From assembly GCA_033549065.1 (NCBI GenBank), contig JAWSUE010000012.1, forward strand, positions 5,222 to 69,221: a stretch of 64,000 nt of DNA. The letters run 5' to 3'. The DNA comes from Bacillota bacterium. GTDB lineage: Bacteria; Bacillota; Dethiobacteria; DTU022. Position numbers and translations under genes: made by a program. The notes beneath the pieces are model-generated. The model searched no databases and was not told the DNA's origin. It worked only from the letters and a program-made list of their open reading frames with translations. Positions 20,581-29,175 of this stretch are shown piece by piece. The number at the start of each line of letters is the position of its first letter. Position 1 is the stretch's first letter.

Positions 20581-20624
20581 CCACTCAATAAAAAAAAGAA
20601 TAGTCAGAAAGGAGTGTTTACTTA

Positions 20625-21257
20625 ATGGCAGATTTTGAATCTTTAGCGGGAGCCATTATTGATTGTAATGCGGCAAAAGCCGGCGAGATAACCCAGCAGT
20701 TGGTTGATGAAGGCGTTAAGCCGACAGAGATCATCAACAAAGGGTTAATCAGCGGGATGAATGTGGTAGGAGACCGTTTCAAGAAAGGCGACATGTATGT
20801 TCCCGAAGTGATGATGGCTGCGAAGGCGATGCATGCAGGGATGAATATTGTGAAGCCCTTGCTGGTGGAAGGTGAGAGTTCATCGACCGGCAAGGTAATA
20901 TTGGGCACGGTAGCCGGGGACCTTCATGACATCGGTAAGAACCTGGTTGGGATGATGATGGAATCAGGTGGGATGGAAGTAGTGGACTTAGGTGTGGACG
21001 TTACACCTGAGAAATTTGCGCAGGCTGTCAAAGAGCACAAGGCGCAGGTAGTGGGCTTGAGTGCGCTGTTGACGACGACGATGCTGGCGATGAAAGATAC
21101 GATTGAAGTATTGAAGGAAGAAGGTTTAAGAGATTCGGTCAAGGTTATAGTTGGTGGAGCGCCTGTAACCCAGGACTTTGCCGATGAGATTGGCGCCGAT
21201 GGATGGGCACCTGATGCCGCTTCGGCCAAGGACCTTGCCCAGAAACTGGCCGGTTAA
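20625..21257 (+). CDS. cobalamin (B12)-binding corrinoid protein of methyltransferase systems
   Basis: A B12-binding N-terminal helical cap plus a Rossmann domain carrying the DxHxxG motif (GDLHDIGKN). Confidence 0.9.
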   Translation: MADFESLAGAIIDCNAAKAGEITQQLVDEGVKPTEIINKGLISGMNVVGDRFKKGDMYVPEVMMAAKAMHAGMNIVKPLLVEGESSSTGKVILGTVAGDLHDIGKNLVGMMMESGGMEVVDLGVDVTPEKFAQAVKEHKAQVVGLSALLTTTMLAMKDTIEVLKEEGLRDSVKVIVGGAPVTQDFADEIGADGWAPDAASAKDLAQKLAG

Positions 21258-21301
21258 TCTAACCGCTCTTAAACCAAGTGGAGAAAGGAGAATTTGGGAA
21301 A

Positions 21302-22756
21302 ATGAAAAGTTGCTTTAAAGCACAGGGATCAACTTTCCTGCAGGTTCTCTCGGACGACCAGTGCCGGCGGTTGGTAGCAGCGGCGATGGAAGTTTTGGAA
21401 AGGACCGGAGTTACATATTTAGACGATGAAGCAGTTGACAGGATGAAAAAAGCAGGTTGCTATGTAGACGGTAAAAGGGTTCGGATACCTTTTAAGCTGG
21501 TTGAGAAAGCCCTGAACACTGTTCCGAGAAAGGTTTCACTCTGCAACAGCAGGACCGGTAAAAGGGTTATGGAGATGGAAGGCGGGAATGCTTATTTCGG
21601 AACCGGTTCCGATACTCCCAATTTTATTGATCCTTACACCCAGGAGAGAATTAAAGCAAGCAGGAAGACTGTTCAAATGGCCACCAAGGTCATCGATGCA
21701 CTTCCCAATCTTGATTTTGTAATGTCCCTGGGTATTGTCCAGGATGTTCACCAGCTGGTATACGATCGCTACCAGTTCGAAGCCATGGTCCTGAATACTT
21801 CCAAGCCGATCGTTATTACTGCGATCGATGAGCCAGGCTATTCAGATATCATCAAAATGTGCGAGTTGATAGCCGGCGGGGAAGAGGAATTGAGGAACCA
21901 CCCGTTTCTTACTCTTTATGCAGAGCCGATTTCACCCCTGCAGCACCCCAATGATTCAGCGCGCAAGCTGATGTTGGCAGCGAAGAAGGGACTACCTGTT
22001 GTATATACACCGTGTATCATGGCCGGCGGAACAGTACCGGCTACACTGGCCGGAGCCATGGCTAACGGTCTGGCCGAAAGCCTGAGCGGTTTGGTTCTTA
22101 ACCAGGTGACATCGGAGGGCAGCCCGTTCATCATGGGCGGCGTATTTACCGTTATGGATATGCAGACCACCATATTCTCATATGGTTCACCGGAATTTGA
22201 TCTGATGATGGCTGCTCTGGCAGATATTCATCATTATCTTGATCTTCCCATGTTCGGCACCTGCGGATGTACTGATGCAAAAGTTGTTGACGAACAGGCT
22301 TTGATTGAGGGTGCAATGTCAATTCTGCTTACAGCTCAGGCAGGAGCAAACCTGAACCATGATGTGGGATATATTGAGCATGGTAATACAGCATCGCTTG
22401 AATACCTGACAATCTGTGACGATTTAATTGGTATTGCCCGCAAGATAGTCAGCGGTATTGAGGTAAGCGACAAAACCCTGGCCCTTGATGTAATTGACAA
22501 AGTTGGCCCGGGCGGACACTTCCTCGGTGAGGAGCATACAATGAAGCACTTCAAGGAGCAGACCTGGTATCCCCGCTTGTTTGAGCGCCAGATCTATGAA
22601 AATTGGGCTGCCGACGGTTTTAAAACTCTCTTTGATAAAGCCAATGATAAAGTAATAGATATTCTCGAAAATTATGAACCTGAGCCTCTGCCGAAAGATG
22701 TGCAGCAGAAGATCAAGGATATCATTGCCGAAGCAGAATCTAAATTGAACAAGTAA
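21302..22756 (+). CDS. MttB-superfamily methyltransferase, pyrrolysine-free paralog 2
   Basis: Full-length MttB-family similarity with no amber codon. I prefer the ATG at 21302, 11 nt after GAGAAAGGAG, over the RBS-less GTG at 21278. Confidence 0.85.
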   Translation: MKSCFKAQGSTFLQVLSDDQCRRLVAAAMEVLERTGVTYLDDEAVDRMKKAGCYVDGKRVRIPFKLVEKALNTVPRKVSLCNSRTGKRVMEMEGGNAYFGTGSDTPNFIDPYTQERIKASRKTVQMATKVIDALPNLDFVMSLGIVQDVHQLVYDRYQFEAMVLNTSKPIVITAIDEPGYSDIIKMCELIAGGEEELRNHPFLTLYAEPISPLQHPNDSARKLMLAAKKGLPVVYTPCIMAGGTVPATLAGAMANGLAESLSGLVLNQVTSEGSPFIMGGVFTVMDMQTTIFSYGSPEFDLMMAALADIHHYLDLPMFGTCGCTDAKVVDEQALIEGAMSILLTAQAGANLNHDVGYIEHGNTASLEYLTICDDLIGIARKIVSGIEVSDKTLALDVIDKVGPGGHFLGEEHTMKHFKEQTWYPRLFERQIYENWAADGFKTLFDKANDKVIDILENYEPEPLPKDVQQKIKDIIAEAESKLNK

Positions 22757-22783
22757 ACCTTCTACATATTGGTGGGATATATC

Positions 22784-24799
22784 ATGGCAAACCTGGCTTT
22801 AGGGATTGACACAGGGGGAACATTTACCGATGGTGTAATATTCGACCTGGAAAAAAAATCAGTAAAAGCCAAAACGAAAGTGGAAACGACCAGGCATAAT
22901 CTGACCTTTGCTGTAAACCGATGTCTAGATCAACTGATTGAAGCATTTCAGGAGAGCAACAGCGGACAGGTAGATATAGGGCAGATCAAGATGGTTTCCT
23001 TATCCACTACACTAGCCACCAATGCCATAGTTGAAGGTCAGGGAGCCGAGGTAGGTCTGATCCAGATCGGTTTTGAAGCCCGGCAGGACCTACCTACTCC
23101 CTATGTCGCAGTAGTACCGGGTGGTTGCAATATCAAAGGCAGGATCAGGGAAGAACTTAATCTCGAAGCGATCGAGAAGGCAATCCTGGATATGAAGGAT
23201 CATGTTGATGCCTTTGCTGTATCCGGGTACTTGAGTATCAGGAATCCGATCCAGGAAATGCAGGTTGTCGAGATGATCCAGCGGCTCACCGGTTACCCGG
23301 TTGTTGCAGCACACCAACTGAGTACAGATCTTGGAATGCATGAGAGAACTGTCACGGCAATTCTCAATGCCCGACTGATGCCCCTGATTACCGATTTAAT
23401 GAATTCTGTCAAGCAGGGTATGGAGAGGCTTAACATCGAGGCTCCGCTCATGGTGGTCCGGGGTGATGGCAGTTTGATCAGCGAAACGAAAGCCCGGGAA
23501 AAGCCGATCGAGACAATCTTGTCCGGACCGGCCGCCAGTATAATCGGAGCGTTGACGTTAACCGGTGTTGAAGAAGGCATTGTCATTGATATGGGAGGGA
23601 CCACCACTGATGTTGCCGTTCTCAGAAATGGCAGGCCTTCGCTGAATAAAGAAGGGGCGAGTGTGGGAGGATGGTTAACCAGGGTCAAGGCAGCCAAGAT
23701 CACGACTATCGGCCTTGGTGGAGACAGCCTCATCCAGGTATCGAAAAATGCAGTACTTTCAATCGGACCGCAAAGGGTATTTCCTTTATGTTGGATCGCT
23801 TCAAAGTACCCTTACCTGACTGCTGAACTGGAAGAAATCAGGCCGATTGACTATGCTATTATGGATACTCAGCCATCGATCATTTTGAACTACATCAGGG
23901 ATCCGCTTAATATTAAACTCACCGCAACCGAAAAGCAAATAATAGATTTGATCAAAGACGGGCCTCATACACTCCATTACATCAGCCGGAAATTGCAGAA
24001 AGAGATTGACCTTTTGCCCTGGCATCGACTGGTTAATGTTGCTTCCGTTCACCGGGCGTCGTTGACTCCAACAGATATTTTGCATTTCCAGGGCAAACTG
24101 GAATTATGGGATATGAAAGCTGCTGAATTGGGAACGGCAATGCTTGCAACCCGTTACCGTCAGTCACCAGCTGAATTTGCTGAAAAAGTTTTGGAAGAGA
24201 TTCTTTTTAAACTTGCTGCGCTAACCCTGGACCGTCTTCTTGAAGAAGAGGGTGTAGTCCTATCACTTGCGGATGAAAAAGCTGCCAACTATATGCTGAG
24301 GAAGATAATTAGCAGAGATAATGGAGATACTAATAGTCAGGTTAAATTTTTTACCAGTCTGAATCATCCCATTGTAGCAGTTGGAGCTCCTGTCGATGCT
24401 TATTTTCCTGAACTGGCCGACAGGCTTCAGGCAAAACTTTTTCTGCCACAGTATGCCGATGTGGCCAATGCTGTTGGAACTGTCAGCGGTCAGGCAGTTG
24501 AAAGGATCTCAATATTAATTAAGCCCGGAGAGGGTGGAGGTTTTTTGGTTCACAGCCCTTACCAGAGAGAATTTTTTATGATCTTTGATGAAGCAGTAGA
24601 TTATGCATACCGAGAAGGTAAAAAATATGTTTATGAACAGGCTTCTGCAGGAGGAGCGGTTGAGATAGAAACATTGGTTGAAAGACAGGATCGCTACAGC
24701 AAGATTACTTCTACAGCAGAAGGAGATTCAATTGACAATAAACTCTTTATTGAAAGTATAATAGAGATATCAGCCGTTGGTAAACCCTGGAGCGGCTAA
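22784..24799 (+). CDS. hydantoinase/oxoprolinase (ASKHA ATPase) family protein
   Basis: The N-terminus LALGIDTGGTFTDGV is typical of hydantoinase-A/acetone-carboxylase-beta ATPases. About 670 aa. I prefer the ATG at 22784. Confidence 0.7.
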   Translation: MANLALGIDTGGTFTDGVIFDLEKKSVKAKTKVETTRHNLTFAVNRCLDQLIEAFQESNSGQVDIGQIKMVSLSTTLATNAIVEGQGAEVGLIQIGFEARQDLPTPYVAVVPGGCNIKGRIREELNLEAIEKAILDMKDHVDAFAVSGYLSIRNPIQEMQVVEMIQRLTGYPVVAAHQLSTDLGMHERTVTAILNARLMPLITDLMNSVKQGMERLNIEAPLMVVRGDGSLISETKAREKPIETILSGPAASIIGALTLTGVEEGIVIDMGGTTTDVAVLRNGRPSLNKEGASVGGWLTRVKAAKITTIGLGGDSLIQVSKNAVLSIGPQRVFPLCWIASKYPYLTAELEEIRPIDYAIMDTQPSIILNYIRDPLNIKLTATEKQIIDLIKDGPHTLHYISRKLQKEIDLLPWHRLVNVASVHRASLTPTDILHFQGKLELWDMKAAELGTAMLATRYRQSPAEFAEKVLEEILFKLAALTLDRLLEEEGVVLSLADEKAANYMLRKIISRDNGDTNSQVKFFTSLNHPIVAVGAPVDAYFPELADRLQAKLFLPQYADVANAVGTVSGQAVERISILIKPGEGGGFLVHSPYQREFFMIFDEAVDYAYREGKKYVYEQASAGGAVEIETLVERQDRYSKITSTAEGDSIDNKLFIESIIEISAVGKPWSG

Positions 24800-24863
24800 T
24801 CATAAACAATATTGTAGAAGGAGGTTTGGTTACCGGTACATTTCAAAACCGGTAAAGCGAAAA

Positions 24864-25658
24864 ATGATTATTATCGGAGAATTGATTAATTCAACCCGCA
24901 AGGCGATCAAGAAAGCTATAGACGAGCAGGATGTGGCCTATCTTCAGGATCTGGCCCTGAAACAGGAAGAGGCGGGAGCAGACTTCATTGATGTCAATGC
25001 CGGAGCATATGTCCATGATGAGGCAAAACACCTGGTCTGGTTAGTGGAGAAAGTCCAGGAGGTCGTTAGCAAACCTCTGGCTCTTGATAGTCCTGATCCG
25101 AAAGCTTTGCAGGAAGCATTAAAAGTACATAAAGGTGTACCCATGATTAACTCAATAAGCCTCGAGAAAGAACGTTACTCACAGTTGGTTCCCCTGGTCA
25201 AGGAAGCAGGAACTGAAGTGATTGCTCTCTGCATGAGCGATGAAGGTATGCCTGAAACCGCCGATGACCGGCTGGATGTAGCGAAAAGGCTTCTTGACAA
25301 CCTCGATAAAGATGGAGTTGATCTGACAAAGGTATTTCTAGATCCACTGATCAAACCGGTTAGTGTCAATGGAGAATATGGGCCGCAGGTCTTGGAAGCT
25401 ATTGAGAAAATAAAAAACCTCGAATCCGGCTGCCATATCACCAGCGGGCTGAGCAATATTTCTTTTGGTTTGCCACACCGCGCTCTTTTGAACCAGGCAT
25501 TTATCGTGCTTGCCATGGGACGCGGGATGGATTCAGCGATAGTTGATCCGCTGGACAAGAAGAAGATGAGCCTGGTAAAAGCAGCGGAGGTTATTCTAAA
25601 TCTCGATCCCTATGCCATGAATTATCTGAAGGCGTCCCGTGCCGATAAACTGATTTAA
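24864..25658 (+). CDS. methyltetrahydrofolate:corrinoid methyltransferase (MtrH/MtgA pterin-binding family)
   Basis: Starts MIIIGELINSTRK, typical of MtrH-family and methyl-THF:corrinoid methyltransferases, followed by a pterin-binding TIM-barrel. The upstream TTG-initiated extension carries no homology. Confidence 0.8.
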   Translation: MIIIGELINSTRKAIKKAIDEQDVAYLQDLALKQEEAGADFIDVNAGAYVHDEAKHLVWLVEKVQEVVSKPLALDSPDPKALQEALKVHKGVPMINSISLEKERYSQLVPLVKEAGTEVIALCMSDEGMPETADDRLDVAKRLLDNLDKDGVDLTKVFLDPLIKPVSVNGEYGPQVLEAIEKIKNLESGCHITSGLSNISFGLPHRALLNQAFIVLAMGRGMDSAIVDPLDKKKMSLVKAAEVILNLDPYAMNYLKASRADKLI

Positions 25659-25709
25659 CAGGACAGGCTGATTTTCTAGTTTAGTTTTAATTCGCGTGTT
25701 TAGGAAAGG

Positions 25710-27143
25710 GTGATAAGAATGATCAATCGCGATTTGAAAGCTGTAGACTACCTGAAGAGCGAAGATCTGGAAAAAATTCACCAGGCTACATTAACCGTAC
25801 TGGAGAAGAACGGTATAGAGTTTTACTCCCAGGAAGCAAGGGATATATTGAAGAAAAATGGAGCAAAAGTAGAAGGTGAGAGAGTCTTTTTCCCGCCTGA
25901 ACTGGTCATGGAAAAGATTGCCCTGGCTCCGTCTGAGTTTACTCTTCATGCCAGAAATCCTGAGAAAAATGTTGTTGTCGGTGGCAATAATACTGTTCAT
26001 GCACCAGGTTACGGTTCTCCATATGTGATGGATTATGTTCAGAACGCCAGGAGAAATGCTAACTATGATGACTATATAGCTTTTACAAAGCTCGCCGGCC
26101 GGAGTGAAAACCTTGATGTTGTCGGAGGCGTTCTTGTTGAGCCAAATGATATCCCCGATCATCTGAGACACGCAAAAATGTTTCATGCTGCTGTAAAATA
26201 TACAGACAAGTGCCTGATGGGCAGCGCTATGGGTAGTAAAAAAGCTCAGGAAACTATCGAGATGGCTTCGATTATATACGGGGGGATCGATACCGTTCGT
26301 ACAAACCCCTGCCTGATCTCACTGATCAATACCAATAGTCCCCTGGAATTCGATTCCCGAATGCTCGATGCGCTGATGGTTTATGCCCGTAATAATCAGC
26401 CGGTAATTATTGCTGCTCTGGCGATGACCGGCACAACATCGCCGGTTACCCTGGCCGGTTCACTGGTCCAGCAGGCGGCGGAGATCCTCTCTGGTATCAT
26501 ATTTGCCCAGATGGTCAGCCCCGGGACTCCGGTGGTCTTCGGTTCCGCGTCAAGTATCGTCGATTTACGGACAGGCAACCTGGCCATCGGCAGCCCCGAA
26601 TCAGTAAAGATGTTCTCGGTCATAGCGCAGTTAGCAAGATTCTACGGACTGCCATCACGCGGCGGTGGAGCGCTTACTGATGCCATAATTACAGACAGCC
26701 AGAGCGGTTATGAGTCAATGATGGTTTTAATGAATACAATTCTCAGCGGGACAAACTTCATCCTACACTCTGCCGGGCTGCTCGAGAATTATATGACCAT
26801 GTCATATGAAAAATTTGTTATAGATGATGAAATGCTCGGGATGGTTAAGTCATATGCAGAGGGTTTCCCGATCAATGAAGATACCCTGGCTGTTGATACG
26901 CTGCTTAGGGTTGGCAGTGGAGGCAATTTCATTGCAGATGAACATACCTTCAATCACATGCGGGATATGCGCCTGCCGTTTATCAGTGCTAGGATTAATT
27001 ATGCCGGGGCAACAGATTTGACTGATACTCCCCAGCGTGCGCATGAATATGTTAAATCGGTTCTGCAGGATTTCCAGAATCCACCCTTGGATGAAAAAGT
27101 TGAAGCTGAACTTGACAGCTATATTGAGAAGCTGAGCAAATAG
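25710..27143 (+). CDS. MttB-superfamily methyltransferase, pyrrolysine-free paralog 3
   Basis: 477 aa with MttB-family similarity throughout and no amber codon. Confidence 0.85.
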   Translation: MIRMINRDLKAVDYLKSEDLEKIHQATLTVLEKNGIEFYSQEARDILKKNGAKVEGERVFFPPELVMEKIALAPSEFTLHARNPEKNVVVGGNNTVHAPGYGSPYVMDYVQNARRNANYDDYIAFTKLAGRSENLDVVGGVLVEPNDIPDHLRHAKMFHAAVKYTDKCLMGSAMGSKKAQETIEMASIIYGGIDTVRTNPCLISLINTNSPLEFDSRMLDALMVYARNNQPVIIAALAMTGTTSPVTLAGSLVQQAAEILSGIIFAQMVSPGTPVVFGSASSIVDLRTGNLAIGSPESVKMFSVIAQLARFYGLPSRGGGALTDAIITDSQSGYESMMVLMNTILSGTNFILHSAGLLENYMTMSYEKFVIDDEMLGMVKSYAEGFPINEDTLAVDTLLRVGSGGNFIADEHTFNHMRDMRLPFISARINYAGATDLTDTPQRAHEYVKSVLQDFQNPPLDEKVEAELDSYIEKLSK

Positions 27144-27175
27144 CCTGGGCATTTACTGATCAGGATAAAATCTGT

Positions 27176-27202
27176 CGGGGCAGGGGATTAATCCCCTGTC
27201 CC
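27176..27202 (+). terminator. possible terminator hairpin after the methyltransferase operon
   Basis: A GGGGCAGGGGATT/AATCCCCTGTCCC stem, but the U-tract is weak. Confidence 0.35.
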
Positions 27203-27317
27203 ACTGTCCCCTTTAACCCTTCGGAATGTAGGATTTTAACAAACAAATAGCCTTTATTTCGTTAGTTAATCATAAAGGATTTCAAAGTTAAAAATATAAT
27301 AAACAATATGAGATAGT

Positions 27318-27347
27318 TTGACATTTGTTGCTTGCACAGGCTATAAT
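27318..27347 (+). promoter_or_regulatory. sigma-70-type promoter TTGACA-N18-TATAAT
   Basis: Consensus -35 and -10 hexamers about 60 nt upstream of the cyclase-family gene. Confidence 0.55.
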
Positions 27348-27409
27348 TTTTTCAGATATCTCTTGTTTAAAGCTTTATGCTTCATAAATCTTACTATGTG
27401 GAGGTTGCC

Positions 27410-29074
27410 ATGAGTAAAAACATGATTGATTTGCTCAGTAAAGCAAAATGGTATGACCTGACTCAGCCTCTAAGCATTTTTACTCCCCCCTGGCCTGGTG
27501 AGATGCCGCTGCAGGTTCATTTTTTCAAGCGGGTCACCGGTTCTTATCATGGTGGGCAGGGCGCAAACGGTCAGTTGATCGAATGGTCGAATAATACGGG
27601 GACCCACCTTGTCGGACCGAGAGCTTTTCATTCGGGCATGAAGACGATAGCCGATATCCCCCTGGAGGACATCTGCGGCGAAGGTGTTATTGTCGATATT
27701 TCAGCTGATGTATCTGATTACAGTCTTTATACCCCGGAAATGATCGAGAAACGGGTTACAGTAAAAGAAGGCGATATCCTGCTTATTAACACCGGCTACC
27801 ATAAATATACCTTTGATCAGCCGGATGTTAAAAACCCGAAAGGGCAGGGAGGAATTGATAACAAGGAATTTTCCTACCTGGTTCGCCACCCCGGTCCCGC
27901 ACCCGGATTTTTTGAATGGGCTTTGAAAAAGAAACTGAAAGTTATTGGCGTTGACTGCGGTTGTGCCGAACACCCAATGAATACCAATATCCGCTATATG
28001 CATGCAGCAGAATTCAAGAAAGCTGAAGATAAACTGAAGGAAACTCATGGTAAAACCTGGGATGAAATGTTCCCGGTCGATGAGTATTATAAGCTGACTC
28101 ATCAAACTATGCCCAAAGCCGGGTTGCTTCTGGCCGAATCTTTGGGGGGGCAGATTAAAGAGCTGAACAATCAGCGAGCCTGGATCATAATCGGGGCACT
28201 ACCTTTCGTAGAAGTGGAATCAGCCTGGTCAAGGGTTGCCGCGGCTAAGGCTCCTGATGGAGTAAGCGAAGATGAGTTTTTTGCAGCGATGAATAAAGCA
28301 AAACTTTATGATCTCTCAGTACCCTTCAGTGTGCAGACACCACAGTGGGCAAACTATATCCCACTTATTGCTCATTACACCAAGCGTGTAGGCGGGCAGT
28401 ATTTCGGCTTAGGTCGTAATAATGCCCACTGTAAGTGCAGCTTCCACATTGCAACCCACATGGATGGTGAACCTCACTTCTACATTAACGGAAAAACGAT
28501 TGGTCAGACCCCCTTTGAATACTGGATCGGCCCTGCCGCTATTGCCGATATATCAGAAATGGTCAGCGATACCAGTGTATACAGCCCCGAGATGATCGAA
28601 TCGGTAGTTGATGTAGAAGAAGGAGACATCCTTATCGTCAAGACCGGATATGGGAAATATGGCTGGGCTAGCCCTGATTCGGATGAATTCAGGTACATGA
28701 TCCGCCATCCAGGTCCTTCGCCGGACTTCGCTGAATGGTGCATGAAGAAGAAGATCAAGTGGCTCGGCATTGACTGTGTGGCCATGGAACACCCGATGAA
28801 TACGATCCAGCGTATCTTCCATCCGAAGACCTTTGAAGAAGCAAACCGGAAACTGAAAGAGAAGTACGGTAAGGACTGGGATGAAATGTACCCGCTGGAC
28901 AAGTACTACCAGGATATGCACCTCAATCTCTTCCCGCATGGTGTTGTCCATGCCGAAAACCTGGGCAAGGATCTAAATGATCTGGAAGGTGGCCGTTACT
29001 TCCTCGGCTGTTTCCTCCAGCGAGGAATGGAACTTGCTTCATGCTGGGCACGTTTTATAGCCTGGAAAGAGTAA
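27410..29074 (+). CDS. tandem-duplicated cyclase-family (kynurenine formamidase-like, PF04199-type) metal hydrolase
   Basis: Two homologous halves of about 270 aa (for example HPGPAPGFFEWALKKKLKVIGVDCGCAEHPMNT versus HPGPSPDFAEWCMKKKIKWLGIDCVAMEHPMNT). A GGAGG SD lies 5 nt upstream of the ATG at 27410. Confidence 0.7.
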   Translation: MSKNMIDLLSKAKWYDLTQPLSIFTPPWPGEMPLQVHFFKRVTGSYHGGQGANGQLIEWSNNTGTHLVGPRAFHSGMKTIADIPLEDICGEGVIVDISADVSDYSLYTPEMIEKRVTVKEGDILLINTGYHKYTFDQPDVKNPKGQGGIDNKEFSYLVRHPGPAPGFFEWALKKKLKVIGVDCGCAEHPMNTNIRYMHAAEFKKAEDKLKETHGKTWDEMFPVDEYYKLTHQTMPKAGLLLAESLGGQIKELNNQRAWIIIGALPFVEVESAWSRVAAAKAPDGVSEDEFFAAMNKAKLYDLSVPFSVQTPQWANYIPLIAHYTKRVGGQYFGLGRNNAHCKCSFHIATHMDGEPHFYINGKTIGQTPFEYWIGPAAIADISEMVSDTSVYSPEMIESVVDVEEGDILIVKTGYGKYGWASPDSDEFRYMIRHPGPSPDFAEWCMKKKIKWLGIDCVAMEHPMNTIQRIFHPKTFEEANRKLKEKYGKDWDEMYPLDKYYQDMHLNLFPHGVVHAENLGKDLNDLEGGRYFLGCFLQRGMELASCWARFIAWKE

Positions 29075-29140
29075 TCTCAAAAAGAAGGGCGGGGGAGCGC
29101 CCCGCCAAGAGGTGGATTTAAGCCTCAAAAATTTATATAT

Positions 29141-29175
29141 AACCGGTTGGATCTACTCAACCGGTTTATTTTTTT
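29141..29175. terminator. bidirectional terminator hairpin AACCGGTTG...CAACCGGTT
   Basis: The stem overlaps the stop codon of the minus-strand gene. It is followed by T8 on the plus strand and by an A/T-rich stretch with T5 on the minus strand. Confidence 0.5.

Noticed and set aside
24818-24863. A strong GGAGG at 24818 and an ACCGGT...ACCGGT palindrome upstream of the MtrH-like gene, suggesting a longer N-terminus or a leader peptide
   Set aside because: No start codon lies at a workable distance from that GGAGG. The only in-frame upstream start (TTG at 24777) adds 29 residues without homology, whereas the ATG at 24864 gives the canonical MtrH-family N-terminus (MIIIGELIN). The hairpin may be regulatory but I cannot assign it.
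8532-27143. Possible pyrrolysine (in-frame UAG) in the three MttB-family genes
   Set aside because: All three reading frames are uninterrupted from start to stop (477-488 aa) with no internal amber codon. They are non-Pyl MttB-superfamily members, not TMA methyltransferases that require Pyl.
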